Positions 1 through 10,241 of a stretch of 64,000 nucleotides of DNA are shown here, one piece after another. This DNA is from Longimicrobiales bacterium. GTDB taxonomy: Bacteria; Gemmatimonadota; Gemmatimonadetes; Longimicrobiales; Gaopeijiaceae. The stretch spans positions 19,015 through 83,014 of the forward strand of contig JANQNV010000132.1 of assembly GCA_028279425.1 (NCBI GenBank), read 5' to 3'. The notes beneath the pieces are model-generated. The model was given only the letters and a program-made list of their open reading frames with translations. It had not been told where the DNA came from and searched no databases. The position numbers and the translations under genes were made by a program. Numbering within the stretch: position 1 is the stretch's first letter; each line of letters starts with the position of its first letter.

Positions 1-826
1 TCTTCACCCCGGCCCACAGATACGGCCCTTCGTGCAGCTCCGGTCGATCGACTTTGCGCATCTCGGTCGAACGCACGCCGTCGTTGAGGTGGTTGCCGAC
101 CCACGCCATGACCCGCGCCTCCTGGGCGGAGTCCGCCTCGTTGAAGGCGAGCCCCCGACCGAGCGAGGTAACCAGAAGAGGGCGATTCACGCCCTGCACC
201 TCGGCCTGCACGTCGATCAGGTAGTCGTCGGGACGGAAGGTGTAGGTCAACTCGACCCGGAGCGGTGAGCCGGCGCGATCGTGCGTGAAGCGGAGCTCGC
301 GCGGCCCGCTGTCGGCGGTGAGCTGCAACCCCTCGGCCGGCGTGACGTCGAAGTCGAGGTCGGAGAGCGGGAGTGTGTCGTTGCCGACCACCAGCGCCTT
401 CGCGAGGGCCGACGTTCCTTCAGGGAGTAGCTGAACGACGCCTTCGCGCCCGTTCAGCGCCTGGTAGTCGAGCATCTCGGCCGATTCGAGCGTCGCCCCC
501 CGACTCGTGAACTCGTACCGATATTCGGGCGACTCGACGAGGATGGATTGGGCCGGTGGCCGGGGTAGACCCGCGGCCGGGTCGTCGCCGCCGTTCTGCG
601 TAGCGGCCGCGTCGCCGCCCGTGACCCCGAGCGACTCACCCGCCGCGTCGGCGCCGGCGGCTGGGGGGATCACGAGATCGGAGGCCGGCGCGTCGCCCCC
701 CACGGTGGTCGAGTCGAAGTTCGCCAGGACCGGCTCTTCGATGATCGGCGGGAACAGCCGATTGGTGGCCCAGATGACGAGAAACATCAGGCCCAGGGCG
801 AGTACGAAGCGACCTTCGGTGCTCAT
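1..826 (-). CDS. yidC: Membrane protein insertase YidC (N-terminal part; runs off the window edge)
   Basis: Manual translation from ATG at 826: MSTEGRFVLALGLMFLVIWATNRLFPP...YRYEFTSRGATL...TYTFRPDDYLIDV; canonical position downstream of rnpA-yidD. Confidence 0.9.
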   Translation of the reverse strand, partial: MSTEGRFVLALGLMFLVIWATNRLFPPIIEEPVLANFDSTTVGGDAPASDLVIPPAAGADAAGESLGVTGGDAAATQNGGDDPAAGLPRPPAQSILVESPEYRYEFTSRGATLESAEMLDYQALNGREGVVQLLPEGTSALAKALVVGNDTLPLSDLDFDVTPAEGLQLTADSGPRELRFTHDRAGSPLRVELTYTFRPDDYLIDVQAEVQGVNRPLLVTSLGRGLAFNEADSAQEARVMAWVGNHLNDGVRSTEMRKVDRPELHEGPYLWAGVK

Positions 827-831
827 GGCAT

Positions 832-1104
832 CTATTCCGTCGAGGTGCGTTTTGCGTCCACGGTCGCGCCGGGCAGCGTCGGCACCGGATCAAAACCGGA
901 TCCTCCCCACGGGTGACAGCGCATAATCCTTCGCACCGCCATCCATCCGCCCCGGAGCGCCCCGTGGCGCTCCAGCGCCTCCACCGCATACGCCGAGCAG
1001 GTCGGCGTGTATCTGCACGACGGCGGGGTCAGCGGTGAAATCCCCACCTGATAGACGCGAACGAGGCCGATCAGGATTCTTCGCACCACGTTCGCTCCAC
1101 CCAT
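832..1104 (-). CDS. yidD: Membrane protein insertion efficiency factor YidD (start may be GTG at 1089)
   Basis: [27 protein letters not shown]...[14 protein letters not shown] signature. Confidence 0.95.
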   Translation of the reverse strand: MGGANVVRRILIGLVRVYQVGISPLTPPSCRYTPTCSAYAVEALERHGALRGGWMAVRRIMRCHPWGGSGFDPVPTLPGATVDAKRTSTE

Positions 1105-1478
1105 TCTACGAGTTGAGCCCGAAGTTCTTCGAACCCGGCCTCGTAGGCCTCCTTTCTCGCCCGCACCAGAAGATCCACCCCCACCCCCAGTTCCCTCAAC
1201 CTCGGGAGCAGATCGCGCCGTCCAATCTCGCGCAGACGGCGCTTCAATCGGTTGCGATCGACGACCCGTCGCCGATGCTTCGGCACGATCACACCCAGTC
1301 GAGGATGCGAAACGGGGGAAGCGTCGAAGACGACGTCCAGATGGCGTGTCCTCGAACGCTTCCCCCTCGAGAAGACCCGGCGAATGTCGGAGCCCTGTCG
1401 AACCCGGACTTCCGGCGGGAACCTCGTGTCAGGACGGACCGGATCCGGCTCGCCAGCCGTCTCCCGAGCTCCGTCCAT
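1071..1478 (-). CDS. rnpA: Ribonuclease P protein component
   Basis: [21 protein letters not shown] (RNR motif); lies between rpmH and yidD. Confidence 0.95.
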   Translation of the reverse strand: MDGARETAGEPDPVRPDTRFPPEVRVRQGSDIRRVFSRGKRSRTRHLDVVFDASPVSHPRLGVIVPKHRRRVVDRNRLKRRLREIGRRDLLPRLRELGVGVDLLVRARKEAYEAGFEELRAQLVEWVERTWCEES

Positions 1479-1483
1479 ACCGC

Positions 1484-1633
1484 CTACTTCGAACCGATCT
1501 TCACCGTCAGGCGCGCGCGACCCTTCTTGCGGCGAGCCGCCAGCACCTTGCGACCACTCCTGGTCTTCATGCGGGCGCGAAACCCGTGCTTGTTGACCCG
1601 CTTGCGGTTCCGGGGGCGGTAGGTCGGCTTCAT
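1484..1633 (-). CDS. rpmH: 50S ribosomal protein L34 (not in ORF track)
   Basis: Manual translation [49 protein letters not shown]. Confidence 0.97.
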   Translation of the reverse strand: MKPTYRPRNRKRVNKHGFRARMKTRSGRKVLAARRKKGRARLTVKIGSK

Positions 1634-1775
1634 CGGTTCAGTCCAGCTTCGGAGTCTCTAAATCGCTTGGAAACGAGCTTGGAAAGCTACCGCTGGCCCC
1701 CGGGGCGCGTCAACCCATTCCCGAGCGTGCTCCCACACGTCCATCTCGACGCACCACGCCTGAAGATCGGTTGAC

Positions 1776-1784
1776 TTTTCCACA
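1776..1784 (+). promoter_or_regulatory. DnaA box upstream of dnaA (autoregulation)
   Basis: TTTTCCACA matches the TT(A/T)TNCACA consensus in the rpmH-dnaA intergenic region. Confidence 0.6.
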
Positions 1785-1923
1785 GTCGATTCCTAGGTTC
1801 GCCGGCCCTCGATTGCGGAGGGGTCAAACCCGATCCTCATCCCTCAGCCTGGTCGTGTCGTCCGGACTGCCGGACCGGTCGCATTCCGGTCGCTCGGCCC
1901 GCCGCGGCGCGATCCCGTCGCCC

Positions 1924-3342
1924 ATGGAGTTCACAGCCACCGAGCTCTGGTCCCGCGTGTTGAGCGCGGTTCGGCCGGGAATGCCGGAACAGAGCTTCAA
2001 GACGTGGCTGTCGGCGACGAAGGCGGTGGCGCTCACCGACTCCGCACTCCAGGTCGAGGCGCCGAGCCAGTTCCACGCCGAGTGGATCGAAGACAAATAC
2101 TTGCCGTTGCTCGACGGCATCCTGCACTCCGTCGTGGGGCGCCCGATCCGCATCGAAGTCCTCGAGGGCTCCGACGCCGGTCCGGTGCCGATGATCCCCG
2201 TGGTGGAGGCCGCGCCTCCGCCGCAGCCCGAGCCTCGGCCGCCCGAACCGACCCGCACGGCCACGCCCACCCCTCGGGTGAGCCGACCCCAGCTCAACGA
2301 GCGCTACACCTTCGACCGCTGGGTCGTGGGTGGAAACAACCAACTGGCGTCGGCCGCCTGCAACGCTGTCGCCGAGCAGCCCGCTCGGATGTACAACCCG
2401 CTGTTCCTCTACGGTGGGGTGGGGCTCGGCAAGACGCACCTGATGCACGCCATCGGCAACCGCATCCTCGAAGACGCGTCGACGGCGAAGGTGCTCTACA
2501 TCACGACCGAGCAGTTCGTCAACGACCTCGTCACCTCGATTCGCGACGGCAAGACGCGCGAGTTCCGACAGCGATATCGGGAGGTCGATTTGCTGCTGGT
2601 CGACGACGTGCACTTCATGAAGGAGAAGGAGGGCACGCAGGAGGAATTCTTCCACACCTTCAACGCGCTCTACGACGCCCGGAAGCAGATCGTGTTGACG
2701 AGCGACCGGCCACCCAAGGAGATCAAGGGACTCGAAGCCCGCCTGGTCAGCCGGTTCGAGTGGGGACTGGTCGTCGACATCAAGCCACCCGACTGGGAAA
2801 CCCGCGTGGCGATCCTCCGCAAGAAAGCCGAAGACGACGGGCTGACGCTCGACCCCGCCGTGATCGACTTCATCGCGCGGTCGTGCACAGCCTCGGTTCG
2901 GGAGCTCGAGGGCGCGGTCATCAAGCTCCTCGCCTACTCGTCGCTCACCAACCAGGACATCACCGAGCCGCTCGCGCGCACGGCACTTTCGGGGATGATC
3001 CGCACCGACGATCGCGAGGAGATGTCGCCGACGGCGGCCCTCACGCCGCTGCGCATCCGCGAAGTCGTCGCGCAGGCGTGGGAGGTGAAGTCCGACGCGC
3101 TGGCTTCGAAGCGACGCACGAAAGACCTCACCGTGCCACGACAGGTGGCCATGTTTCTGATCAAGGAGTTTCTCGACACGCCCCTGGTGGCGATCGGCGA
3201 AGTCTTCGGAGGTCGCGACCACTCCACGGTGATCCACTCGATCCGAAAAGTCGAAGACACGATGGCCGAAGATCCGGGTTTCGCCGCCCGGGTCGAGCAA
3301 CTACGGTCATCTCTGAACGGGACCGACGGAGGGCTCCGGTGA
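1924..3342 (+). CDS. dnaA: Chromosomal replication initiator DnaA
   Basis: YNPLFLYGGVGLGKTHL Walker A, LLLVDDV, QEEFFHTFN, SRFEWGL, GGRDHSTVIHS; start placed at ATG 1924 (MEFTATELW). Confidence 0.98.
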   Translation: MEFTATELWSRVLSAVRPGMPEQSFKTWLSATKAVALTDSALQVEAPSQFHAEWIEDKYLPLLDGILHSVVGRPIRIEVLEGSDAGPVPMIPVVEAAPPPQPEPRPPEPTRTATPTPRVSRPQLNERYTFDRWVVGGNNQLASAACNAVAEQPARMYNPLFLYGGVGLGKTHLMHAIGNRILEDASTAKVLYITTEQFVNDLVTSIRDGKTREFRQRYREVDLLLVDDVHFMKEKEGTQEEFFHTFNALYDARKQIVLTSDRPPKEIKGLEARLVSRFEWGLVVDIKPPDWETRVAILRKKAEDDGLTLDPAVIDFIARSCTASVRELEGAVIKLLAYSSLTNQDITEPLARTALSGMIRTDDREEMSPTAALTPLRIREVVAQAWEVKSDALASKRRTKDLTVPRQVAMFLIKEFLDTPLVAIGEVFGGRDHSTVIHSIRKVEDTMAEDPGFAARVEQLRSSLNGTDGGLR

Positions 3343-3623
3343 CCTTTGGATTTCTCCACGACGTCCGGGATAACTCACCGGTTTTCCACCCGGCGCAGCC
3401 GCGGGCTCGCGAGTTCTCCCCGGGCCTCGAGGTTGTCCACCTCGCATCCACACCGTCGGCGCAGCCCGGTTGGGCTCGGTGCCCCTGCACATCCGGCTCG
3501 AATCGAGCCCGTCGTCCACAACTCCACAGCCCCTACTACTACTCCTTTTATTTTCTAGAATAGAGAACTCACAGTAGGGCCCTGTGGGAACGTGCATTTG
3601 TCCATCTCGGAGTCGGAGTCTCC
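3343..3623. promoter_or_regulatory. Replication origin oriC (dnaA-dnaN intergenic region)
   Basis: Several degenerate DnaA boxes (TTTTCCACC, TTGTCCACC, TCGTCCACA, AACTCCACA), then GCCC, CTACTACTACT DnaA-trios and an AT-rich tract at about 3545-3565. Confidence 0.88.
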
Positions 3624-4760
3624 ATGAAGTTCACCATCACGCGTCAGAACCTTCACAGCGGTCTGGCCTCGGTCTCGTCGAGCATCCCGAGCAAGACGAC
3701 GCTCCCGGTTCTCTCCAACATCCTCTTCGAGACCGAAACCGACGGGGTCTGGATGAGCGGGACCGACCTCGACGTATCGGTGCGCGTCAAGGTTCCGGCC
3801 GAGATCCGCGAGGCCGGCAGCCTCACGGCGCCCGGCAAGAAGCTGCAGGAGATCACGCGTGAACTCCCCAACCAGCCGGTGGAGATCTCGACGCGCTCCG
3901 ACCAGATCGAGTTGTCGTGTGGACGCAGCCGCTTCAAGCTCAACGGATTGCCGGCCGACGAGTTTCCGTCGTTGCCCGCCGTCGACTTCGATGCGGCGGT
4001 TCAGGTGAAGGGCACGGATCTCCAGAGCCTGATTCAGCACACCTCGTTTGCGGTGTCGAGCGAAGAAAGCCGCCCGATCCTCAACGGAGTCCTGTGGGAG
4101 CTCCGCGACGGCGCGATGCGAATGGTGGCGACCAACGGTCACCGCCTGGCTCGGATGGGGGTTCCCACAGGGCCGGGCACGATCACGAGCACCGACTTCA
4201 TCGTGCCTCCGGCAGCGCTCACCCAGGTTCAGCGGCTCTTCAAGGACGCCGACGACATTCATGTCGCGTGGGACCAGGGGGCCGACGGCTCCGCCCGCCG
4301 GAACCATCTCGGATTCCGGTCCGGACAGACCGAGGTCTATACCCGACTCATCGAGGGCACGTATCCGAACTACGAGCAGGTGATCCCCAAAGACAACGAC
4401 AAGAACGCCACGATCGACAAGAAGGCGCTCGAGTCGGCGGTACGCAGAATGGCGGTCGTCGCCTCCGACCAGACCCACCGTATTCGTTTGACCTTCGAAG
4501 AGAACCGCGTGCACCTCAACGTACTCACCCCCGACCTGGGCGAGGGGCATGACGAACTCGAGATCGCCTACACGGGTGGCGAGATGGAGATCGGGTTCAA
4601 CGCCAATTACCTGCTCGAGGTGCTCCGCTACATGCCGACAAGTGAAGTCAAACTCAGCTTCAAAGCCCCGGAGCGGGCGGCGACGGTCGAGCCTCTCACC
4701 GACGGCGACGAAGCGATCGACTACCTCTGCCTCGTCATGCCGCTGCGACTGCTCGACTGA
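3624..4760 (+). CDS. dnaN: DNA polymerase III beta sliding clamp
   Basis: GTDLD, SRPILNGVL, VATNGHRL, RLIEGTYPNYEQVIP, IGFNANYLLE, LVMPLRL. Confidence 0.98.
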   Translation: MKFTITRQNLHSGLASVSSSIPSKTTLPVLSNILFETETDGVWMSGTDLDVSVRVKVPAEIREAGSLTAPGKKLQEITRELPNQPVEISTRSDQIELSCGRSRFKLNGLPADEFPSLPAVDFDAAVQVKGTDLQSLIQHTSFAVSSEESRPILNGVLWELRDGAMRMVATNGHRLARMGVPTGPGTITSTDFIVPPAALTQVQRLFKDADDIHVAWDQGADGSARRNHLGFRSGQTEVYTRLIEGTYPNYEQVIPKDNDKNATIDKKALESAVRRMAVVASDQTHRIRLTFEENRVHLNVLTPDLGEGHDELEIAYTGGEMEIGFNANYLLEVLRYMPTSEVKLSFKAPERAATVEPLTDGDEAIDYLCLVMPLRLLD

Positions 4761-5336
4761 TCAGTCCGACGCGGCTTCGGCGGCGCGAGCGGCTTCGAGG
4801 AGCTCCCCTCCGGTAAAGACGGCCACGAGCGGGAGCCCGGCCTCTTCGATTCGCGCGCGGCCGCCCTCTTCGCGGTCGACCAGGGTGACGACGCCTGCGA
4901 TGTCGCACCCGTAGGCCCGGAGCACTTCGACGGCCTTGAGCGCGCTACCGCCGCTCGTCATCGAGTCTTCGACCACCATGCAGCGCGCGTCGTTGGGCAG
5001 CCCGCCCTCGACCTGCTGCCCGGTGCCGTGCCCCTTCGGTTGCTTGCGCACCGAAAAGGCGTCGCGGGGGTCGCCCGCATCGAAGCTCTCACGGGCGATG
5101 GCGTACGAGACGGGATCGGCGCCCATGGTCAGACCACCCACGTGGGTGAAGTCGATTCCGCTGGCGCGCAGGGCCTCCCAGCATACCTTTCCAGTGAGGG
5201 CCTGTCCCTCGGCCGACATCGTGGTGCGTCGGGCGTCGACGTAGTACGACGAACGCGCGCCACTCGCGAGGGTAAAGTCTCCGGTACGGACCGAGCGCTC
5301 CACGAGGAGCGCCTTGAGGCGGCTGCGATTATCCAT
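4761..5336 (-). CDS. pyrE: Orotate phosphoribosyltransferase
   Basis: GDFTLASGARSSYYVD, VRKQPKGHGT, VVEDSMTSGGS PRPP-binding motif. Confidence 0.95.
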   Translation of the reverse strand: MDNRSRLKALLVERSVRTGDFTLASGARSSYYVDARRTTMSAEGQALTGKVCWEALRASGIDFTHVGGLTMGADPVSYAIARESFDAGDPRDAFSVRKQPKGHGTGQQVEGGLPNDARCMVVEDSMTSGGSALKAVEVLRAYGCDIAGVVTLVDREEGGRARIEEAGLPLVAVFTGGELLEAARAAEAASD

Positions 5337-5380
5337 GCCGCCATCCTCCGCTGGGGCTCACACCGCGTCAAGACCCGACC

Positions 5381-6352
5381 ATGTTGCCACGCCGCCTCCG
5401 CCTGCTTTCGATCTCCCTCGCGCTGCCGCTCGCAGCCATGGCGTGCGACGGGGGTGGACCCATTGATCCCGGATCTCTGCGCTTCGGCCAGATCGGGGGA
5501 ATGGAAGTGACGGTTGTCGCTCCGCTGGCCCTCGGCCTGGGCGAAGTGGAGCAGATCTTGTCGTGGACGTCCAATGGGCGTTGGACCGTGCACGAAGAGG
5601 TACGGTATCGCGGTGTCGTGGGAGACGTCGCTACACAGGAGCTCGAGGCGCCCTCGGCGGCGCTGGCCAACACGTACGCTCAGTGGATCACCGACGCCGA
5701 CGGCAATCCGGGGCTTCAGGTGGGCGACCTCGACCAGACGCTCGACCCGACCTGCGCGATCATCCATTCGCGGGTCACGTTGCGGATTCACGACACCCCT
5801 TCGGGTGAGTCGCGCAGCTGGACGCGTTGTGTGCCCGGATTCCTGCAGAGTCTGACGCCATTCGGCGCGCTACCCGATCCGGGAGCGCCGCGGGTGGCCA
5901 ACCTCGCTCGGTTGGCGAGGGACTACACGGTGGGTGAAAACTTCGAGTCGGCCTATGAAGGGACGCAGCCCTTCGCCACTCTGGACAAGGGTGAAGACAC
6001 CCCCTCGGGGCTCACTGCCCCGACCGTCATTCAGGACGCCGTCGCCTTCGAGTCGTTCTGGGCGATCCATGCACCCGGACAACCCGTCCCGCCGGTCGAT
6101 TTCGCCGAAGAGACGGTGGTGGTGGCCGCCCGAGGCGAGCGGCGCGAAGCCGGAGATAGCCTCGAGGTGCGCGCGGTGCGGCCGGCGGGGCAATTGGGCA
6201 CCGTCATCACTCTGGTAGAGCGGGTGCCCGGCGACTTCTGCTCTCCTGCAGAGGTACGACAGGTGCCCTTCCACGTCGTCGTGACCCCGCGCCTGCTTTC
6301 GCCCGTGAGCTTCCAATCTCCGATCCTCACCGAGCTCGTGGACTGCGGGTGA
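5381..6352 (+). CDS. Lipoprotein with C-terminal PrcB-like (protease complex subunit) domain
   Basis: Lipobox LAAMAC; C-terminal FESFW..H...PPVDFAEETVVV...G...C...VPFHVV pattern. Confidence 0.65.
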   Translation: MLPRRLRLLSISLALPLAAMACDGGGPIDPGSLRFGQIGGMEVTVVAPLALGLGEVEQILSWTSNGRWTVHEEVRYRGVVGDVATQELEAPSAALANTYAQWITDADGNPGLQVGDLDQTLDPTCAIIHSRVTLRIHDTPSGESRSWTRCVPGFLQSLTPFGALPDPGAPRVANLARLARDYTVGENFESAYEGTQPFATLDKGEDTPSGLTAPTVIQDAVAFESFWAIHAPGQPVPPVDFAEETVVVAARGERREAGDSLEVRAVRPAGQLGTVITLVERVPGDFCSPAEVRQVPFHVVVTPRLLSPVSFQSPILTELVDCG

Positions 6353-7812
6353 GTCCGTCGGAAGAGGCGGGTGCGGAGGAGCCTTCCGTCGGCTCGCCGC
6401 GCGTCAGCCTTCGACGCCGGTTCGTCCTCCTGCTGGCCGCCTTTTCGCTCCTGCTGGCGGTCGCCTTCGGCTTCACTACGTGGTGGGTCGCGAGTTCGGC
6501 GCTGGAGACGGAGATCGATCGACGCCTAGTTCACGTCGCGGGAGCATTCGCAAAAACGCAGGTCGACCCCGACTTCTGGTCGTTCCTCCAGCCGGGCGAC
6601 GAGGTCGATCTCGAGTGGATCAGCGCCCAGGCGCAGCTCGACAGCCTCGCCACCCACTACGTGGCCAACGCCTGGATCTTCCGTCCCGACCTGACTTCGG
6701 TGGTAACCCGCGAACCCGGCGACCAGGTGCCGATCGGGACGCCGCTGCGCTTCCTGGCCCCGTATCTCGAGGAAGTCCGCCGCGCCCAGCGCGACGGCAA
6801 TTCGACCACCACGATCTGGTCGGATGCGGCGGGCATCGACTACAAGTACGGCTTCATCGCTGCGGGAGGACTGATTCTCGGCGTCCAGATGGCGACCGAC
6901 CTGTACGAACCGCTCGGCGCGCTGCAGCGCCTGCTCGTGTTGGGTTCGTTCGCCGCCCTCGTCCTGAGCGTCATCGTAGGCACCTTCCTCGCCGCCAGCA
7001 TCGCGTACCCCGTCGAGCGGCTGGTGAAGGCGGCGGGTCGCATTCAGAGGGGCTACCTCGATCGCCCTGTACGCCTGCCCCGCAATGACGAGATCGGGCG
7101 CCTCGCCGACGCCATGGAGCGTATGCGTCAGGGGGTTCTGGCCCGCGATGAGCAACTTCGATTGATGCTCGCCCAGGTCGCACACGAGATCCGCAACCCA
7201 CTCGGCGGCCTGGAGCTGTTCGCCACAGCGGCGGTCGACGTCGACGACCGCGAGGAGCGCGTGCGCTTGATCAACCGCGTGCGCGGCGAGGTGGGTGCTC
7301 TGAACCGGATCATCAACGACTTCCTGGCGTTCGCCCGGCCCGCCGACGTCGAAATGAGCGTCTTCGACTTGCGGCTCCCGATCCGGGAAGGGGTGGAGCT
7401 CGCCACGGCTGAAGGTCCGGGGCGGGACGCACGGATCGAGCTCGTGCTGCCGCGCGATCCGCTGGCGGTCGAAGCCAATCCCGAGCAGGTGAAACGGGTG
7501 GTGCTCAACCTCGTGCAAAACGCCTTTTCGGTGTCGGACCGAGTGATCGTGCGCGGGCTGATCGACGGGGGCGAGGCCGTCATCGCCATCGCCGACGACG
7601 GACCCGGGGTGCCCGACGACCAGCGTGAGCGCATCTTCGAGCCCTTCGTGACCGACAAGGAGCAGGGCGCCGGGTTGGGGCTCGCCATCGTGAAGCGCGA
7701 CATGGAGGCCATGAAGGGGCGCGTCGAGGTGGGCTCGGCGCAGGCGTCGGGCGTTGGGTCCGGAGCCGAATTCCGGGTATACTTCCCGAGTCTCGACGCA
7801 GCCGAGCTCTGA
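6349..7812 (+). CDS. HAMP-domain sensor histidine kinase
   Basis: Two TM helices, HAMP (DEIGRLADAME), H-box AHEIRNPL, N-box NLVQNA, DDGPG, GAGLGL. Confidence 0.95.
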   Translation: MSPSEEAGAEEPSVGSPRVSLRRRFVLLLAAFSLLLAVAFGFTTWWVASSALETEIDRRLVHVAGAFAKTQVDPDFWSFLQPGDEVDLEWISAQAQLDSLATHYVANAWIFRPDLTSVVTREPGDQVPIGTPLRFLAPYLEEVRRAQRDGNSTTTIWSDAAGIDYKYGFIAAGGLILGVQMATDLYEPLGALQRLLVLGSFAALVLSVIVGTFLAASIAYPVERLVKAAGRIQRGYLDRPVRLPRNDEIGRLADAMERMRQGVLARDEQLRLMLAQVAHEIRNPLGGLELFATAAVDVDDREERVRLINRVRGEVGALNRIINDFLAFARPADVEMSVFDLRLPIREGVELATAEGPGRDARIELVLPRDPLAVEANPEQVKRVVLNLVQNAFSVSDRVIVRGLIDGGEAVIAIADDGPGVPDDQRERIFEPFVTDKEQGAGLGLAIVKRDMEAMKGRVEVGSAQASGVGSGAEFRVYFPSLDAAEL

Positions 7813-7824
7813 CGCGTACCGCAC

Positions 7825-9237
7825 ATGGCCACCATCCTCATCATCGACGATCACGACTCCATGCGGGAGGGGCTCGAGATCCATCTGAGGCGCCGCGGTC
7901 ACCGCATCCTGGCAGCCCCGGGCGGCCAGGCCGGTCTCGATCTCCTCTCGGAGTCCCCCGTCGATCTCGTCATCACCGACCTGAAGATGGCCAAGGTCGA
8001 CGGCATGCAGGTGCTGCGCACCGTCAAGGACACGGCGCCCGAGACCGAGGTGCTCGTGATCACCGGCTACGGCACGATCGAGACGGCGGTCGAGGCCATG
8101 AAGCTCGGCGCCGCCGACTTCATCACGAAGCCGTTTTCGTCGGAAGAGTTCGGCGTGAAGGTGGATCGCCTCGTCGCCGACCGCGAAGAGAAGTCGAAGC
8201 TGCGCAAGGAAAACCTCGCCCTCCGCGTGGAAAACGCCGCGCTCAAGGAGGGCGGCGATGTGCGCTACGGCGAGATCGTGGGCGATTCGGCCCCCATGCG
8301 GCAGGTCTTCCGCTGGATCGAGCGGGTCGCGCGTAGCGACTCGACGGTGATGGTGTACGGCGAGTCGGGAACGGGGAAGGAGCTGGTCGCCCGCGCGATC
8401 CACGCCGGTAGCCGTCGGCGCGAGCGCCCCTTCGTTCGGGTGAACTGCGGAGCGCTGGCCGAGGGACTCCTGGACTCCGAGCTCTTCGGCCACGAAAAAG
8501 GCGCCTTCACGGGTGCGGATCGCCGCCGACGGGGCCGCTTCGAGCTGGCGGATTCCGGGACGCTGTTTCTCGACGAGATCGCCACCATCAACCCGGCCAC
8601 CCAGGTGCGGCTCCTGCGGGTGCTCCAGGAGCGCGAACTCGAACGGGTGGGCGGCGAAGAGACGATCCCCGTCGATGTGCGGATCGTGGCCGCCACGAAT
8701 ACGCCGGCCGAAGACCTCCTCGAAGGCGAGTTCCGCGAAGACCTGTTCTACCGCCTCCACGTGGTCCCGATCATGCTCCCGCCGCTGCGGTCGCGGCACG
8801 AAGACATTCCCCTCTTGGTGTCCCACTTTCTGGACAAACTGCGGGAGCGCACGGGTTCGCCCGTGCAGGAGGTGTCGTCGTCGGCGCTCGATCGGCTCAT
8901 GTCGTACGAGTGGCCCGGCAACGTGCGGGAGCTCGAAAACGTGGTCGAACGCGCTCTGGTGCTCGCGGATCGGGAGTGTCTGGAGGCCGACGACCTCCCG
9001 CCGCTGGGCGAAAACGGGCGTACGCTCCCCCCCCGAACGCAGCATTACGTGGACCCCGGGGAGGGCTTCCCGGACGGTGGAACCGACCTGAATCGAGCGA
9101 TGGAAGGGCTGGAGGAACGACTCTTGCGGCAAGCTCTCGAGCAAGCCGAGGGTGTCAAGGCCGAAGCAGCCCGATTGTTAGGTATCAAGCCAAGTGCCCT
9201 CTACTACAAACTGGAGAAGTACGGAATCGAGGCGTGA
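7825..9237 (+). CDS. Sigma54-dependent response regulator (NtrC family)
   Basis: REC domain, GESGTGKE, GAFTGA, WPGNVRELEN, C-terminal Fis HTH. Confidence 0.97.
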   Translation: MATILIIDDHDSMREGLEIHLRRRGHRILAAPGGQAGLDLLSESPVDLVITDLKMAKVDGMQVLRTVKDTAPETEVLVITGYGTIETAVEAMKLGAADFITKPFSSEEFGVKVDRLVADREEKSKLRKENLALRVENAALKEGGDVRYGEIVGDSAPMRQVFRWIERVARSDSTVMVYGESGTGKELVARAIHAGSRRRERPFVRVNCGALAEGLLDSELFGHEKGAFTGADRRRRGRFELADSGTLFLDEIATINPATQVRLLRVLQERELERVGGEETIPVDVRIVAATNTPAEDLLEGEFREDLFYRLHVVPIMLPPLRSRHEDIPLLVSHFLDKLRERTGSPVQEVSSSALDRLMSYEWPGNVRELENVVERALVLADRECLEADDLPPLGENGRTLPPRTQHYVDPGEGFPDGGTDLNRAMEGLEERLLRQALEQAEGVKAEAARLLGIKPSALYYKLEKYGIEA

Positions 9238-10241
9238 GAATTCGAAGGACTCCGACGATAATTCGACGATTGGGCCGGGTATTGAACCCGGCTCTCGTCG
9301 TCTTGTGTATCGGCGTTTTCGCCTCTCCCGCGGTGCTCTCCGGGCAGGAAGATCCGGCCCGGGCCGAGCTGGCCCGCCAGGTGCTTCGGTTCCGCTCCGC
9401 CCAGTCCTCGTACGACGCCGCCCTCGCCGCTCGGTTGGTCGTCGAATCCGACTGGGAAGCCGCGCTCGATTCGGTTCAGGCGGCCCGCCTCAGCTCCGAC
9501 CAGGAGGCGTACTCACGGGCCTCCGAGCGGCACATGATGCTGGCGCGCGACCTCATCGCGATGGACCGCCGTGTCCAGCAGGCGTCGGACTCCCTCTCGT
9601 CGGCGCGGTCCGACTACCTGGAGGCGATGGACGCCCGGCTGGGTGAGCTGCTCGAGTTGCAGGATTCGGCCTCGACCCGCGCCCAGGCCGACCAGTATCA
9701 GGCGCTGATCGACGATCTGGCCAACCAGTTCGCCGAACTCGAGGCGTCGAGCGACGTGTTGGTACCGCAGCTACTCGTGCCGCAAGGCGTTTTGGCGTAC
9801 AATCCTCGGGACACTCCGTCGCGTTTACGCAACAAAATCGAGGTTGCCACGCGACGAATCGAATTCGTGCAGGCCAGCATCGGCGAGGCCAATGAGCGCA
9901 TCGAGGGGCTCGAACGGCGGCAGCGTTTGCAGCGCCAGCAAGAGAACTTCTCGTCGTCGCTCGGACGATTCGACGCCACCAGCATCCCGGTGGGTACACC
10001 GGGTGAGGCGCGCTCGCAGGGGCAAAACGCCGTGAGCGACTCCACCGGTGTCCGCACCGCTCCGCAGTCCCTCGAAGAGCAACTCGAGGGGTGGCGCGAT
10101 CTGCTCGATCAGCTCGAGACGCGCCTGGAGGTGCTCATGCGCATGCGCGACGAGCTGCAGTCCTACCTCGGGCCTCCCGACGCCGACGACCGGGTGGGTC
10201 GCCGGTCGGGTGGGGGTGGTCTCGCATGGATCGCCTCATGA
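9234..10241 (+). CDS. Exported coiled-coil protein, function unknown
   Basis: GTG overlapping the upstream stop; signal peptide ending ..VLSGQ; long heptad-like Ala/Glu/Leu/Arg helices; genome-typical codon usage. Confidence 0.7.
   Translation: MRIRRTPTIIRRLGRVLNPALVVLCIGVFASPAVLSGQEDPARAELARQVLRFRSAQSSYDAALAARLVVESDWEAALDSVQAARLSSDQEAYSRASERHMMLARDLIAMDRRVQQASDSLSSARSDYLEAMDARLGELLELQDSASTRAQADQYQALIDDLANQFAELEASSDVLVPQLLVPQGVLAYNPRDTPSRLRNKIEVATRRIEFVQASIGEANERIEGLERRQRLQRQQENFSSSLGRFDATSIPVGTPGEARSQGQNAVSDSTGVRTAPQSLEEQLEGWRDLLDQLETRLEVLMRMRDELQSYLGPPDADDRVGRRSGGGGLAWIAS

Noticed and set aside
1837-3300. Long antisense and alternate-frame ORFs (e.g. 1837-3300, 6526-9144, 14353-15648, 16089-17663, 47505-49241)
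   Set aside because: They shadow well-supported genes; this is typical of high-GC codon bias, and they carry no recognisable motifs.
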